Under the pieces are notes generated by a model. It saw nothing but the letters and a program-made list of their open reading frames with translations, was not told where the DNA came from and did no database searches. This document shows, in pieces, positions 48,975-58,888 of a DNA stretch of 64,000 nt. The translations under genes were made by a program, and so were the position numbers. This DNA comes from Candidatus Sumerlaeales bacterium (GTDB taxonomy: Bacteria; Sumerlaeota; Sumerlaeia; Sumerlaeales; Sumerlaeaceae), in contig JBBSQY010000008.1 in NCBI GenBank assembly GCA_038243585.1, positions 30,896 to 94,895 on the forward strand. Direction: 5' to 3'. Position 1 is the stretch's first letter, and each line of letters begins with the position of its first letter.

Positions 48975-50737
48975 GTTGTCATCCCGCCACCCGAAAATAC
49001 AGGATTACACTTCTCGTCATAGCTGTCACTGCTGTGGTAATCCGGCTGCTCCACATCTACTCGATAATCTATCGCCCCATCAGCGATATGGACGCATATC
49101 TTAAGTTCTCGCAGGCAATAGGTTATAATTCGCCTGATCTTATTTACACCACGCTTTTCCCGCCTGGCTATACCTGGTTTTTGTGGCTTTTCCAAAAATT
49201 TGCTGCTATTGCTACGCCGCAGCCGGTACTAGCTCTCCAGGCGCTCTTAAGTGGCGGGTCTCTTCTTATGGTTGCCTCAATTGCCCGCATAACATATGGG
49301 GCAAGAACCGCTATTGTTACTGCATCTGTGTACGCAATTTATAAAAGCTCAGTTTTGTTTACTGGCTTATTGCAGTCCGAAACGCTGGCAGAATGTTTTT
49401 TTGTCGCTGGAATTTTATTACTTGTCAGCTATGCAAAACATCGCCGGTTTTGGAAAATCATAGTATGCTCAGCGGTCATATCTCTTGCAGTTCACACAAG
49501 AGTGAATCTCATTAGTGCAGCCTTATCTCTTCCTGTAGCCATGTTATGGCTCGCATGGAAATCAAATGGTTCCAGGATCAATATTATTACCCACACGGGT
49601 ATTTACCTGGCAGTTCTTGGCATCTCGCTCGTTCCCTGGTGCCTTAGGAATACTAGTATCCACGGCTACCCCACGTTTATATCAAGCAACGGTGGCATGA
49701 ATCTTCTCCAAGGGAACAACGCGTACACTGAGGGCGGTTGGTTTAGGATTCAAGATATTGCGGACTCTAAGGTCCAGCAGATTGGGGCGGCGGAATTTAA
49801 AGAGCGTGCCCGACTTTACAAAGATTCCGCGACCGACTTTATTAAATCTCATCCTGCTTATGAGATATTTTATCTTATTCCGCAGCGGTTTCATCATATA
49901 TTTCTGGAAGACCAGGTTTTTTGGCCATGGGAGCAGGCCATAGAGTCAAATTACGCTAGTCATCCATTCGGTCCCTGGATCAATATTCCGCTTCTATCAT
50001 TTGGCGCTATTTTCATGGTTGGAATTATAGGGTTAATGATTCCCGGAAACGCACGATTATCCTACTTCTTGCCGTTACTATGGCTTGCAATCCTGGCACC
50101 ACTCTTACTCGTGCATGGTAATGCCAGATTTCACTACGGTTCTGATTTCATCCTTGTGATTTCTAGCAGCGCCCTCATTGTCCGCACAATTCCTACGAAA
50201 CGGCAACGCTGCATTCTCATTATAGCGTGGGCAACGGTTGCCTTGGCTTCAATCTTATCTGTGGCGATTCAATTTCTCAGGTTTGGGGGAAATAATATGT
50301 TAAATCCAAGCAAAGCCGTGTTGCTGTCGCAACTGGGAGAAGAAGCCGTACTGAGAACAGCGGTAGTGGATTCTCAGGCCCACCCGATAGAACAAAAAAT
50401 AACTGATTTGTTTGAGTTGCCAGTCAACGCTAAAACAACGAGTCACCTGCTATTATCGGCAGAGTTTTCACTAAGCACTTATAGGCCCCAGATTGCCTCA
50501 CCAAACATTCAAGTCACTTTCTTTAATAACAGTGGCTCGACAGTGACCGCGCCGCGGCATGCTACTGAGTTATTGCCGCCGAACGTTAACCTAAATCCTA
50601 ATGTTGGTTTCGAGCAGGCCTGGCGTATGATCTTGGTACCTGCGTCAGCAAAAACCCTCCGTCTTGCATTTGACCCATCTTATCCGGCCTCTGTATCTTT
50701 TAGGAATCTAAGACTGAATGGACCCATATGGGAGTAA
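48971..50737 (+). CDS. GT39/ArnT-like membrane glycosyltransferase
   Basis: SDMDAY, PPGY, LQSETL, PWCLRN, SNGGMNLLQGNN, ARF; ATGA overlap with the upstream gene. Confidence 0.8.
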   Translation: MSCHPATRKYRITLLVIAVTAVVIRLLHIYSIIYRPISDMDAYLKFSQAIGYNSPDLIYTTLFPPGYTWFLWLFQKFAAIATPQPVLALQALLSGGSLLMVASIARITYGARTAIVTASVYAIYKSSVLFTGLLQSETLAECFFVAGILLLVSYAKHRRFWKIIVCSAVISLAVHTRVNLISAALSLPVAMLWLAWKSNGSRINIITHTGIYLAVLGISLVPWCLRNTSIHGYPTFISSNGGMNLLQGNNAYTEGGWFRIQDIADSKVQQIGAAEFKERARLYKDSATDFIKSHPAYEIFYLIPQRFHHIFLEDQVFWPWEQAIESNYASHPFGPWINIPLLSFGAIFMVGIIGLMIPGNARLSYFLPLLWLAILAPLLLVHGNARFHYGSDFILVISSSALIVRTIPTKRQRCILIIAWATVALASILSVAIQFLRFGGNNMLNPSKAVLLSQLGEEAVLRTAVVDSQAHPIEQKITDLFELPVNAKTTSHLLLSAEFSLSTYRPQIASPNIQVTFFNNSGSTVTAPRHATELLPPNVNLNPNVGFEQAWRMILVPASAKTLRLAFDPSYPASVSFRNLRLNGPIWE

Positions 50738-50840
50738 CGAATGCTCCTTCAACGACCCGTTCTGCTTATTAGTAGACAACGCTTATACGCCGCTCAGGTT
50801 CGTTTTATATCCATAAATGATGTCACGCATATCACGACAG

Positions 50841-51371
50841 CTAATGAAAGGTAATAGTATGTATATCTAAAGGTGGACGCTTGGACGGATCCGAGGCAAT
50901 CACATACTTGACAAGAACCACATATTTACCACTTGAAAGAAGTAGAGGCTTATCGACAAGTTTATTAGTGTTAACGGGCTGACTGTCCATAACTTTAAAT
51001 GTTTGACGATCTCCTGTCACGGTCATTGTAACTATTGGATAAAGTTGGTCTGGAACAGGAGTCTTAAAAAGAATTTCAACGTCGGATGTTGGCTCGTCCA
51101 GCACTAGGGTTGCTGACGTATGACCGAAGTGATTAACACGTAAAACTGTCTGAGAAACCAAATTAACGCTTGGAAAAGTTTCATTAATAAAGTCTTTACC
51201 TGTTAATTGACCCTGCGTCGGGTGCACGGACGCCTCAACTGCTGGAGTAACATTTGCTCCCAAAGTAGATGAATCCACTACTTCTGCTGAGTTCTCCCAA
51301 CCAGTCACCTGCGGCTCCTGGCGGCAGCCACATAATATGATCCAAAAGATTCCGTATATCGCTATCCTCAT
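50841..51371 (-). CDS. Hypothetical lipoprotein
   Basis: MRIAIYGIFWIILCGC lipobox-like signal; beta-rich body. Confidence 0.6.
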   Translation of the reverse strand: MRIAIYGIFWIILCGCRQEPQVTGWENSAEVVDSSTLGANVTPAVEASVHPTQGQLTGKDFINETFPSVNLVSQTVLRVNHFGHTSATLVLDEPTSDVEILFKTPVPDQLYPIVTMTVTGDRQTFKVMDSQPVNTNKLVDKPLLLSSGKYVVLVKYVIASDPSKRPPLDIHTITFH

Positions 51372-51665
51372 GTTTCCGTTAACCTGCCTTTAGCATTTAA
51401 GATCAATATCAGGCTATTGTGGTTGGACTGATATTTACTAAGGAAATTAAGCTTATAAATTCCTTCAGTCTGAAGTTTCCAAGTAGGAATGGCAGCTGAC
51501 GTCTAACAAACTTCTCATTCCGGCGCGGAAAGCAGACGCGGTGCCGCCCTGCAGCTTTTGTATTAAGTCCTCTCATTAGCAAAACAATACTCTTGATTCG
51601 CCTTCGTGGCGTGGTTTAACAGGCGTATCAGATTTTTGAAACCCGGAAACAGGAGAACTTTTAAA

Positions 51666-51860
51666 TTGAACAGCGACGATATCGTGCAGAAGATCCAGGC
51701 TAAGCTGGCGGAGCAGAATGAAGTTATTCGTGATCAGCAGATTCAGATCCATGAGCAGCAGGAGCGCATTACTGAGCTGGAAGAACAGCTTCTGGGTATG
51801 AGCGGGGCGGACGAGGAACGGCAGTCTATGCTGAGCCGGCTGGCGGAGCTTGTGGATTAG
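51666..51860 (+). CDS. Small coiled-coil protein (ZapB-like appearance)
   Basis: TTG start with AGGAGA RBS; Q/E-rich heptads ending RQSMLSRLAELVD. Confidence 0.6.
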   Translation: MNSDDIVQKIQAKLAEQNEVIRDQQIQIHEQQERITELEEQLLGMSGADEERQSMLSRLAELVD

Positions 51861-51977
51861 GTCGCTGATTTTTTGGCCGGCAAAAATCACTATGAGAGCC
51901 GGCTGGAAATCTCAACTGGATACGGAAATCTCTGATAGGGCCGGCTAAAGCGTTAGTAGCGCCGGTGTGTTGGGTAT

Positions 51978-52007
51978 AAAAAATAGGCGGGGTTTCGACA
52001 CCCCGCC
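51978..52007 (-). terminator. Rho-independent terminator of the DEAD-box helicase gene
   Basis: ggcggggt-ttcgac-accccgcc stem with a T-tract on the - strand. Confidence 0.75.
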
Positions 52008-52041
52008 CGGTTGATGTTATTGTGAAGCAGTCTGGTTCAGG

Positions 52042-53520
52042 TTAGTCCTGATTGTTGTCAAACTGCGTGTTGCGCTCTTTGCGACGTGGGGCCGCTTTCT
52101 GCCACTGGCGTTCGCCGCCACCTGAGCCGCCGCCGCTGTTGCGACGACCCTGGCTCTGCCCATAGCCTCCACCGTAAGGTTTCTTACGGCCAAAGCTCTG
52201 GTTGGTGCGCGGTGCGCCGCCTGGACGGCTCTGCATGCGCTGATGCGCAGACAGGGCCACGTTGCAGTGGTATGGATGCTCTTCGGTTTTCGGAAGAGTT
52301 ACCCGAATCAGTTTTTCGATCTGGGTCATGAATCCTGCTTCTGTAGAATCACAGAAGGATATGGCGATTCCTGACGTGCCCGCGCGGCCCGTGCGGCCAA
52401 TGCGGTGAACGAAAGTTTCTGGTTCGTTGGGTAGATCATAGTTAACCACGTGGGTGATGTTTGTCACATCAAGCCCGCGAGCTGCCAGATCTGTTGCTAC
52501 CATTACTGGGCTTGCTCCACGCTTGAACGCGCGCAGGGCGCGTTCGCGCGCTGCCTGGCTCTTGCTGCCGTGGATGCATTCTGCGCGAACGCCGGATTTC
52601 TCCAGGCGCTCGGTCACGCGGTCTGCGGCGCGGCGTGTGCGGGTAAATACCAGCACACGTCCTGCGCCTTTGTTCAACAGGCCATTGTCTTCATTGAGCA
52701 GAAGATGGTTCAGCAGGACGGGTTTATTGCCCTGATTAACATAATAGGCTTCATGATCTACGTGACATGCCAGTGTTGATACTGGAGCGATTTCGATCCG
52801 GACTGGGTTTTTCAGGAAATCTGCGACAAGCCGCTCGATCTCGTTCGGCATTGTTGCCGAAAAGAGCATGCTCTGGCGTTTTTCCGGGACCTTGGACAGA
52901 ATCTTGCGGATATCGGGAACGAATCCCATATCCAGCATGCGATCCGCTTCGTCAAGGACGACGTACTCTACACTGTCGAGGCGGATGTGGCCTTGGTTCA
53001 TGAGATCAAGCAGGCGGCCGGGACATGCGACAAGCACGTCGATTCCGCTGCGAAGCTCATGGAGTTGACGGCCCTGCGGCACTCCGCCATAAACGGCGGC
53101 GGTGCGAATGGACGTCTTTTTTCCGTATGCACGGAAGCTGTCGTTTATCTGGCCGGCCAATTCACGGGTTGGGGCCAAAACCAGCGCGCGGATTGCGCGA
53201 TTGCTGGAGCGATTATACGACATATTGCCACGGGCCGGCTTGCGGCCGTAGCGGTTTTGGGGAGCGTTGTCTTGAAAGTTGCGTTCAAACGATCCCTCTT
53301 GTGGTTTGTCTGCCGACGTGGAGGATGCCAGCAGACGATGCAGAATAGGCAGTGCGAACGCGGCAGTTTTGCCGGTTCCTGTCTGCGCAAGACCAAGTAC
53401 GTCCTCGCCCGCCATAACGGGGGGGATGGCCTGCTGCTGGATTGGTGTAGGGGTATCGTACCCCTTGGCTTTTAACACTTCTAAAAGCGCGTTGTTAAGG
53501 TGTAACTCAGTGAATTGCAT
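52042..53520 (-). CDS. rhlE: DEAD-box RNA helicase (RhlE-like)
   Basis: PTPIQ, AQTGTGKT, PTREL, DEAD, SAT, ARGLD, HRIGRTGRAG; ATG 53520 with AGGTG RBS. Confidence 0.92.
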   Translation of the reverse strand: MQFTELHLNNALLEVLKAKGYDTPTPIQQQAIPPVMAGEDVLGLAQTGTGKTAAFALPILHRLLASSTSADKPQEGSFERNFQDNAPQNRYGRKPARGNMSYNRSSNRAIRALVLAPTRELAGQINDSFRAYGKKTSIRTAAVYGGVPQGRQLHELRSGIDVLVACPGRLLDLMNQGHIRLDSVEYVVLDEADRMLDMGFVPDIRKILSKVPEKRQSMLFSATMPNEIERLVADFLKNPVRIEIAPVSTLACHVDHEAYYVNQGNKPVLLNHLLLNEDNGLLNKGAGRVLVFTRTRRAADRVTERLEKSGVRAECIHGSKSQAARERALRAFKRGASPVMVATDLAARGLDVTNITHVVNYDLPNEPETFVHRIGRTGRAGTSGIAISFCDSTEAGFMTQIEKLIRVTLPKTEEHPYHCNVALSAHQRMQSRPGGAPRTNQSFGRKKPYGGGYGQSQGRRNSGGGSGGGERQWQKAAPRRKERNTQFDNNQD

Positions 53521-53697
53521 TATTTCACCTACAGGCGGCCGACAGGGGAAAGTCAGTTTTGTAGAAAGAATGTTCAAATTCGCATCGATTACGCTGGACA
53601 ATTCGCTTTACGGAATTTGGTTTGCGACCAACGGCGTCAACGCGCTTTTGTTTTACGTTCGTGCATTAATGGAGTCGCACAAATAATGTGACCGGCC

Positions 53698-56592
53698 TTA
53701 TTGAGTTGCGCTTTTTTGCGCCAGTGTTTTGTTGCTGTTCGGGCCATCACCTTTGGACTGGCGCTCGATCCTGACGGGACCCAGCATGCCGGATGGCAAC
53801 GGCTTGGCGCTGTCTTTGTTCGGGAGGGCGGTGTTCGTCCTAGCATAGCGGGCACCGGCGGTAGTCTGGCTGTCGCCGACCAGGCGGTTGTGCCATTGAT
53901 TGGCGACGCGCACTGATAGATGGTTTTCCCCTTCGACTACAGCATCTGTCACTTCGACCCGGTAGGGAGGCTTCCATGCAACCCCGGCCTTTTTTCCATT
54001 GATCGCTACTTCGGCCACGTCGTGGACGGTTCCGAGATCGATGTAAATCCGGCTGTTTGAGGTTCCGATGTCTTTGTTGAGTTTGAACGTGGTGTTGTAT
54101 TCTGCGATGCCGGAGAAGTAGCGAATATCCGGATTATCGGACTCGGTCCAGGAGGCCAGGCGGACGGGGGTGGGAGCAGTGGGCGCGCCCCAGTCTTCGG
54201 GGAAGGTCAGCGTCCATGATGTGACGGGTTCAAGAGCCTGGACAAACTTTTGATCCGACGCGGTGGCAGTGGCCGGCTGGTCGCTGAAAATGAGGAAGGT
54301 GGAGCCGCCGGCGTCTAGTTCGAGAGTTACGGATGTGTAGTCGCCGTGTTCCGCGAAGGATTTCACAGGGCTTGCCTCGCCGGTTGCGGGGTCCCATAAC
54401 TGCGGAATCTGTCCCCGCACCCGGAATTGGGCTTCCGCTTTTCCAGGGTCCGTCGCGGCGTTGCGGACAAAGTAGATTTCTTCTGTTTTGGTTCGGCGAT
54501 GGATGTAGTCCATGCTTTCGATTTTAGCAGCGTTGGTCACAATGAAATCCGGCGTCACGCCTTCGGCTTTCAATGCTTCGTCCAGGGTTGCATCGCTGCC
54601 GTAAACCCGTCCGCTTCCATAGGGGGTCGCATTCTTCTTTGGCTGATCACCCCACATCTGGCCTGCAATTTCCTGAATGCGCTGCGTGCGATCCTTATGT
54701 TTGAAAAGACCGGGGCTCTGTTTCGGCCGTGCACCCACCAGCACCCCGCCCTGCTTCACGAACGATTCCAGTTTTTCCAGAACCTCCAGTGGCATCGACG
54801 CCTCCGGGGAGATAGCCAGAATCTTGTAACTGGTCCCCTCCGGCAATACATAACGGCGGTCTTCTACTTTCAGGCGGTTCAGGATGACGTCGGAATTGAT
54901 CACGTCATAATCATACCCGTGCGCCAGTCCCGGCAGGCGGGGCTTCTCTGGCACGTCGTGAAACTTTGGAAAAAAATTGGGCGCCTGGTCGCCGTAATAC
55001 CAGAGCACGTCGGCGACAGGCTGGCCCTGTTGGAGCAGGTACGAGCAGCGGGAGAGGTAGTCCATGAACGGCCGGGCGAATGACCACCAGGTCGTGTTCG
55101 GATTGATATCGATGCCGGCATGATACGTCCAGCCGGGGAGGCCGGCCTTATCCGGCGAGTGGGCGAAACCGTGGATGGTCAGGCGGTTCAGGCCTTCGGC
55201 GAAGGCGCGGTCGGCGGCCATTTTCAGCACGAACGGCGAATCTTCCCAGCGGCGCCAGGTGGTGAACGATTCGGCGTCGACGATTGGCTTACCATAGATA
55301 TGAGATGCGCTGGCCACCTCTTTGATCAGGAACATGTTGCGGTGTTGAATCCAGAATTCGCCGCGGGGGACGCCTACATTTCCCAGCGCCTTCAGGGCGT
55401 CAACCGGGCAGGTGTCCCAGATGGGCGGACCGGGGCCGCCGGCTTCGCCGACGAAGTCCATTCCGTACTCTTTCAGGAAGTCGCTGCCGGTCTCGTAGTG
55501 GCTATGGATGAGCAGATCGCTGACGGTTTTTTTGTAGTCGTAGAGGAAACGATCCGACAGTTCTTTGTCCTGGATGGTCCAGCCGTCCAGCGCCGGCAGC
55601 CATCGCACCACGTCATAGCTGCGATATTTCTTAAACCACTGGGGAAACTTGTCCGTCCAGGTGTTGCCCTCGTGCAGTTCCATGCTGTCGACTTCCAGAT
55701 AATTCAGGCCGCTCTCTGCGGCGTTGGCGGGGGTTATCTGCAGGCGATCCATGATTACCTGCAGGTGGCGGCGGGTGGCGGCGGGATCGAGAAAGTCTAT
55801 GAACAACCCGTTGGATTTCGGGCTGGGGACGATGAGAGACTGGCCGGTATTGGTGCATACGAAACGGATAATCCGCCAGGGACCGGCCGGGGCCTGCCAC
55901 CGCAGGGTGCCGTCGGCGCTCAGCGATTTTGTCAGGTCGATCACGTCTTCGATTTTGGCGATGGACTTGTCCGGATTATCCGGGACCGCAAGCACGGCAA
56001 CTTCGAGGGCGTAGAGGGGTTTTCCGTCAGCGTCCCTGGGGCAATCTTTGGGCAGTTCCGGATAGGGCAGCGCCTGGTTGAACTCGATGGGGCCGGTGGT
56101 TACCACGGAAGACGAGACCAGCATCTTACTGGCCCAGGTCGGATCGACCCAGGTGCCCCCGGCGTTCCATCCGCTGGAGGTTATCATTCCCATCCGGAGC
56201 CCAAGCCGGCGCCCTTCCGCGAGCGCAAACCGAATCGACGCGGCGGATTCCGGGCTCAGAAACTCCGGCCCCGCTGGAACCATTTCGCTATTGCGGATCG
56301 CCGCCACATCCCAGATTTCCGCGCCGCTCATCCCCTTTTCTTTCATCTGCCGCAGGTCGAATACTAGCCGGTCGCGATCGACATTACCGTTTAACCAGTT
56401 CCAAAAAGCCCCCGGCCTGGCGGAAACCGGCGGGTTTCGAAACCCCTGTTTTAATGAAATGGCGGTTGGTTCGGCGGCGAAAGAGGCGCCCGTGCAAAAG
56501 CAAAGGAACGACGCGGTGGTGAGCAGGCATGAGATTATGGATAATACGTTGAGGAATGCGTGGCTGTTTGCTTTGGCGCGATGCGGTTTCAT
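53698..56592 (-). CDS. GH106-like (alpha-L-rhamnosidase-type) secreted glycoside hydrolase
   Basis: F.NPP..ARP..FW.W.NGN, GWNAGG.W, DSME, P.GEFW, KEVASASHIYG, AESFT, W.PPY, SG.LGPV. Start taken at ATG 56592. Confidence 0.88.
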   Translation of the reverse strand: MKPHRAKANSHAFLNVLSIISCLLTTASFLCFCTGASFAAEPTAISLKQGFRNPPVSARPGAFWNWLNGNVDRDRLVFDLRQMKEKGMSGAEIWDVAAIRNSEMVPAGPEFLSPESAASIRFALAEGRRLGLRMGMITSSGWNAGGTWVDPTWASKMLVSSSVVTTGPIEFNQALPYPELPKDCPRDADGKPLYALEVAVLAVPDNPDKSIAKIEDVIDLTKSLSADGTLRWQAPAGPWRIIRFVCTNTGQSLIVPSPKSNGLFIDFLDPAATRRHLQVIMDRLQITPANAAESGLNYLEVDSMELHEGNTWTDKFPQWFKKYRSYDVVRWLPALDGWTIQDKELSDRFLYDYKKTVSDLLIHSHYETGSDFLKEYGMDFVGEAGGPGPPIWDTCPVDALKALGNVGVPRGEFWIQHRNMFLIKEVASASHIYGKPIVDAESFTTWRRWEDSPFVLKMAADRAFAEGLNRLTIHGFAHSPDKAGLPGWTYHAGIDINPNTTWWSFARPFMDYLSRCSYLLQQGQPVADVLWYYGDQAPNFFPKFHDVPEKPRLPGLAHGYDYDVINSDVILNRLKVEDRRYVLPEGTSYKILAISPEASMPLEVLEKLESFVKQGGVLVGARPKQSPGLFKHKDRTQRIQEIAGQMWGDQPKKNATPYGSGRVYGSDATLDEALKAEGVTPDFIVTNAAKIESMDYIHRRTKTEEIYFVRNAATDPGKAEAQFRVRGQIPQLWDPATGEASPVKSFAEHGDYTSVTLELDAGGSTFLIFSDQPATATASDQKFVQALEPVTSWTLTFPEDWGAPTAPTPVRLASWTESDNPDIRYFSGIAEYNTTFKLNKDIGTSNSRIYIDLGTVHDVAEVAINGKKAGVAWKPPYRVEVTDAVVEGENHLSVRVANQWHNRLVGDSQTTAGARYARTNTALPNKDSAKPLPSGMLGPVRIERQSKGDGPNSNKTLAQKSATQ

Positions 56593-56698
56593 AAAAATTC
56601 TTCCCTGGCATTTCCGTAAATGGCGGTAAGCTGAACCCGTTGTTGTGTCGCACGGAGATATTGCGCAGGCAAGGGGTCTTTTTACGGACAAAACCACC

Positions 56699-56842
56699 GT
56701 ATAGGTTATTGGGCGGATTCCTATATGGGTAGAGGCTGAGGGGCGATTGTGCGTTTTCGGAGGTTTTTGTGCGCTCGGGCCCGTGGGTGCTGGTTGTGCG
56801 ACCTGTTTGTGTCGCGTTTTTGCTGTTTTTATTTTCTTGTGC
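56699..56842. repeat. ~145-bp G/T-skewed dispersed element, copy B
   Basis: Same orientation as, and colinear with, 30281-30424. Confidence 0.7.
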
Positions 56843-57158
56843 GATTTCGACGTTGATGTGGAGGCGTGTGGCGGGGCGTTTTGGCTGGCTTTGCGGGGCG
56901 GCGTGGGGTGTCGTCATGGTTGTCATATCTGTTGTCTCGTTATGGATGTGGTTGCAGATAAAGGAGACATTGGGGTGGCAAAATGCGGCGGGCTATTCCC
57001 GCATGGGGTCTTAAGTGCGGGCCGGGGAGATTTTGACAGAAAGGCACGAAAGCACGAAGGAAAAGCAAAAGAAAGAAAAGCGGCATGCGTCTGGGTTGGA
57101 TGACGCCCGCCGAGGTTTTGGATGATGCATTTTTGCGTTTTGAGTGGTGTTGCACTTC

Positions 57159-57300
57159 CGATGGTCAATCGCCCGGTGGCAAGGTGCGCAAAATCAATGG
57201 GGACAGTGGTGCGCGTCCCCGAAATTTCACGATGGTCAATCGCCCGGTGGCAAGGTGCGCAAAATCAATGGGGACAGTGGTGCGCGTCCCCGAAATTTCA
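57159..57300 (+). repeat. Perfect 2 x 71-bp tandem duplication, each unit carrying a REP-like palindrome
   Basis: 57159-57229 = 57230-57300; each contains ggggac-agtggtgcgc-gtcccc. Confidence 0.92.
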
Positions 57301-57330
57301 GTTATTTTTGGACGAATTCGGTCACGAAGT

Positions 57331-57508
57331 TCATGGGGCCCGTTGCTTGCGGAGCTCTTCTGCCATCACTTGTAAACGTTTGCCGTCACGCACAATGATG
57401 ATGGCCGTGTCGGTCTGTATCGCGATCTTGCGGGCTGACTCCGCTGCATGGCGCTAATGCTCCACGCGCGTCCGCATTATCGAGTTTGATAGTGTCTTTC
57501 TCTTTCAT
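57331..57508 (-). pseudogene. Frameshifted small partner (putative antitoxin) of the zeta-like ATPase
   Basis: ATGA-coupled start MKEKDTIKLDNADARGALA, then a frame change to HAAESARKIAIQTDTAIIIVRDGKRLQVMAEELRKQRAP*; span 178 nt, not a multiple of 3. Confidence 0.6.
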
Positions 57509-57870
57509 GGATTTGTCCCTTCGTCGAGCAATATCGGTAGTACACCCGCATTACTAAACTTCATCCAGAGATCAACAGTCTGCCGATAACATTCGAAGTT
57601 GCGCAGGCCCGCCGCAAACCGCCGACGGATGACAGCCTCGGGAATGTCATGCCCGCCTTGCCGAACCCGCTTCAGATAGTTTCGCCCGGCCAGCGTGGTT
57701 TCAATGGCAAAACTCTCCCCGCGCGCCGTGCAGGCATCCATTTTCTGACGCATCAACCGCCCCACCCGCATCGCCGCCGCCTCGGGCGCTAACGGGGACA
57801 AACCGGCGGCGATCAAATCGGCGCTGATGAACCGAGGGCACTGTGCCTCGGCGGGCAGGAAGGACCGCGC
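57505..57870 (-). pseudogene. Truncated zeta-toxin-like/AAA_33 P-loop ATPase
   Basis: ADLIAAGLSP, SFAIETTLAG, RVRQGGHDIPE.VIRRRF are present. Walker A is missing and there is an apparent internal deletion at YLK|RVRQ. Confidence 0.8.
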
Positions 57871-57872
57871 AT

Positions 57873-57896
57873 TAGGGACAGTGGTGCGCGTCCCTA
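57873..57896 (+). repeat. REP-like palindrome, third copy
   Basis: tagggac-agtggtgcgc-gtcccta: same loop, compensatory stem change. Confidence 0.85.
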
Positions 57897-57945
57897 TTGA
57901 AAGGCAAAAAGGCCCAAAACGCATAGTCTATCTGCTTGCGTCTCT

Positions 57946-58353
57946 TTACCGGCCGATTCGTTCGGTTCCCATTTCTGAAATCTTCCATAGGTCGTCTTGC
58001 TTTTCCAGCGTGAAGGCCAACACCATAAACATGTCACCTCCCTGACCGTAACAAAGTGCTCGGCCGGAAGTACGTGAGCCAGCACCGGGAGAGCCGCCAG
58101 TTTCTATGACATACTTCGCAAAAGTAGGGTTTTGAGACAAAACAGTGCTTAAAGTCGGCTGGCACTGGCCAACGGCTATCCCTCTGCAATGACTCTCCAT
58201 CGCCGCCACATTTTGCGATAAAGCAGCTTCCATAAACAACGCAGCGGCCCCATGATGGCTTTTTTGGGACTGCACGGGCTTGAAGTAGTCTATAATATCT
58301 TGTGAGAAAACCACTGATCCTACTATTAGGGCTAGTAAAAATATCCATTTCAT
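57946..58353 (-). CDS. Hypothetical exported protein (NTF2/DUF4878-like appearance)
   Basis: AGGAG RBS, signal peptide MKWIFLLALIVGSVVFS, C-terminal FTLEKQDDLWKISE. Confidence 0.65.
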   Translation of the reverse strand: MKWIFLLALIVGSVVFSQDIIDYFKPVQSQKSHHGAAALFMEAALSQNVAAMESHCRGIAVGQCQPTLSTVLSQNPTFAKYVIETGGSPGAGSRTSGRALCYGQGGDMFMVLAFTLEKQDDLWKISEMGTERIGR

Positions 58354-58563
58354 GATGTAGTTTCTCCTGGCGGGTGTACTGGCACGTTCGTTATCAAGTT
58401 CGATCAACTAAATGAGGATACGCAAGCGAAAAGATATTAGCTTTTTGCTGGCTCATTAATAAAAGCAGATTAGTAATTCTCAAAGATCCTCAGACCATGA
58501 GTCGAAGATGAAAACAAAACCACTGGTATACCTCGGCCTCTATTCCTTTAGCTCTCCCTTTCT

Positions 58564-58595
58564 TTTCGGGTACGCGCACCTCTGGCCCCATTGAT
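58564..58595 (-). repeat. REP-like site, fourth copy (inverted, degenerate)
   Basis: Reverse complement atcaatggggccagaggtgcgcgtacccgaaa vs atcaatggggacagtggtgcgcgtccccgaaa: 29/32 identical. Confidence 0.85.
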
Positions 58596-58888
58596 GAACC
58601 TGTGCCGATTATAGGAAGAGAAGATCTTCTCCGAACAAACGCGCCTCCGCCAAGCTGCGTGATAAGGCGGATGTCGAAGAACTGGAATAGCCGCTTTACC
58701 CAGACCGTTCCATGTATACTATTGATATACTATTGTCCGAAGACTCTTTAAACGGAGATTCGCCTTATTGTGGCAGGCATCGACATAATGCTTGCATCAA
58801 GGTTTCTGTTCTAAAAGGTTTCGGCAAGACTTGGATAACCGATTTTAGTATATTTCTGTGGGAACTATTTGAGGTGGAGGATTTAGTA

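Noticed and set aside
55120..56367. 415-aa + strand ORF antisense to the GH106 gene
   Set aside because: Antisense shadow in GC-rich coding DNA.
56384..56926. 180-aa - strand ORF overlapping the GH106 start
   Set aside because: Low-complexity, overlaps a real gene in another frame, and its homologous copy at 30.3 kb does not keep the frame.
57159..57300. Possible CRISPR mini-array
   Set aside because: The two units are identical over their full 71 bp (no unique spacers), and no cas genes are present.
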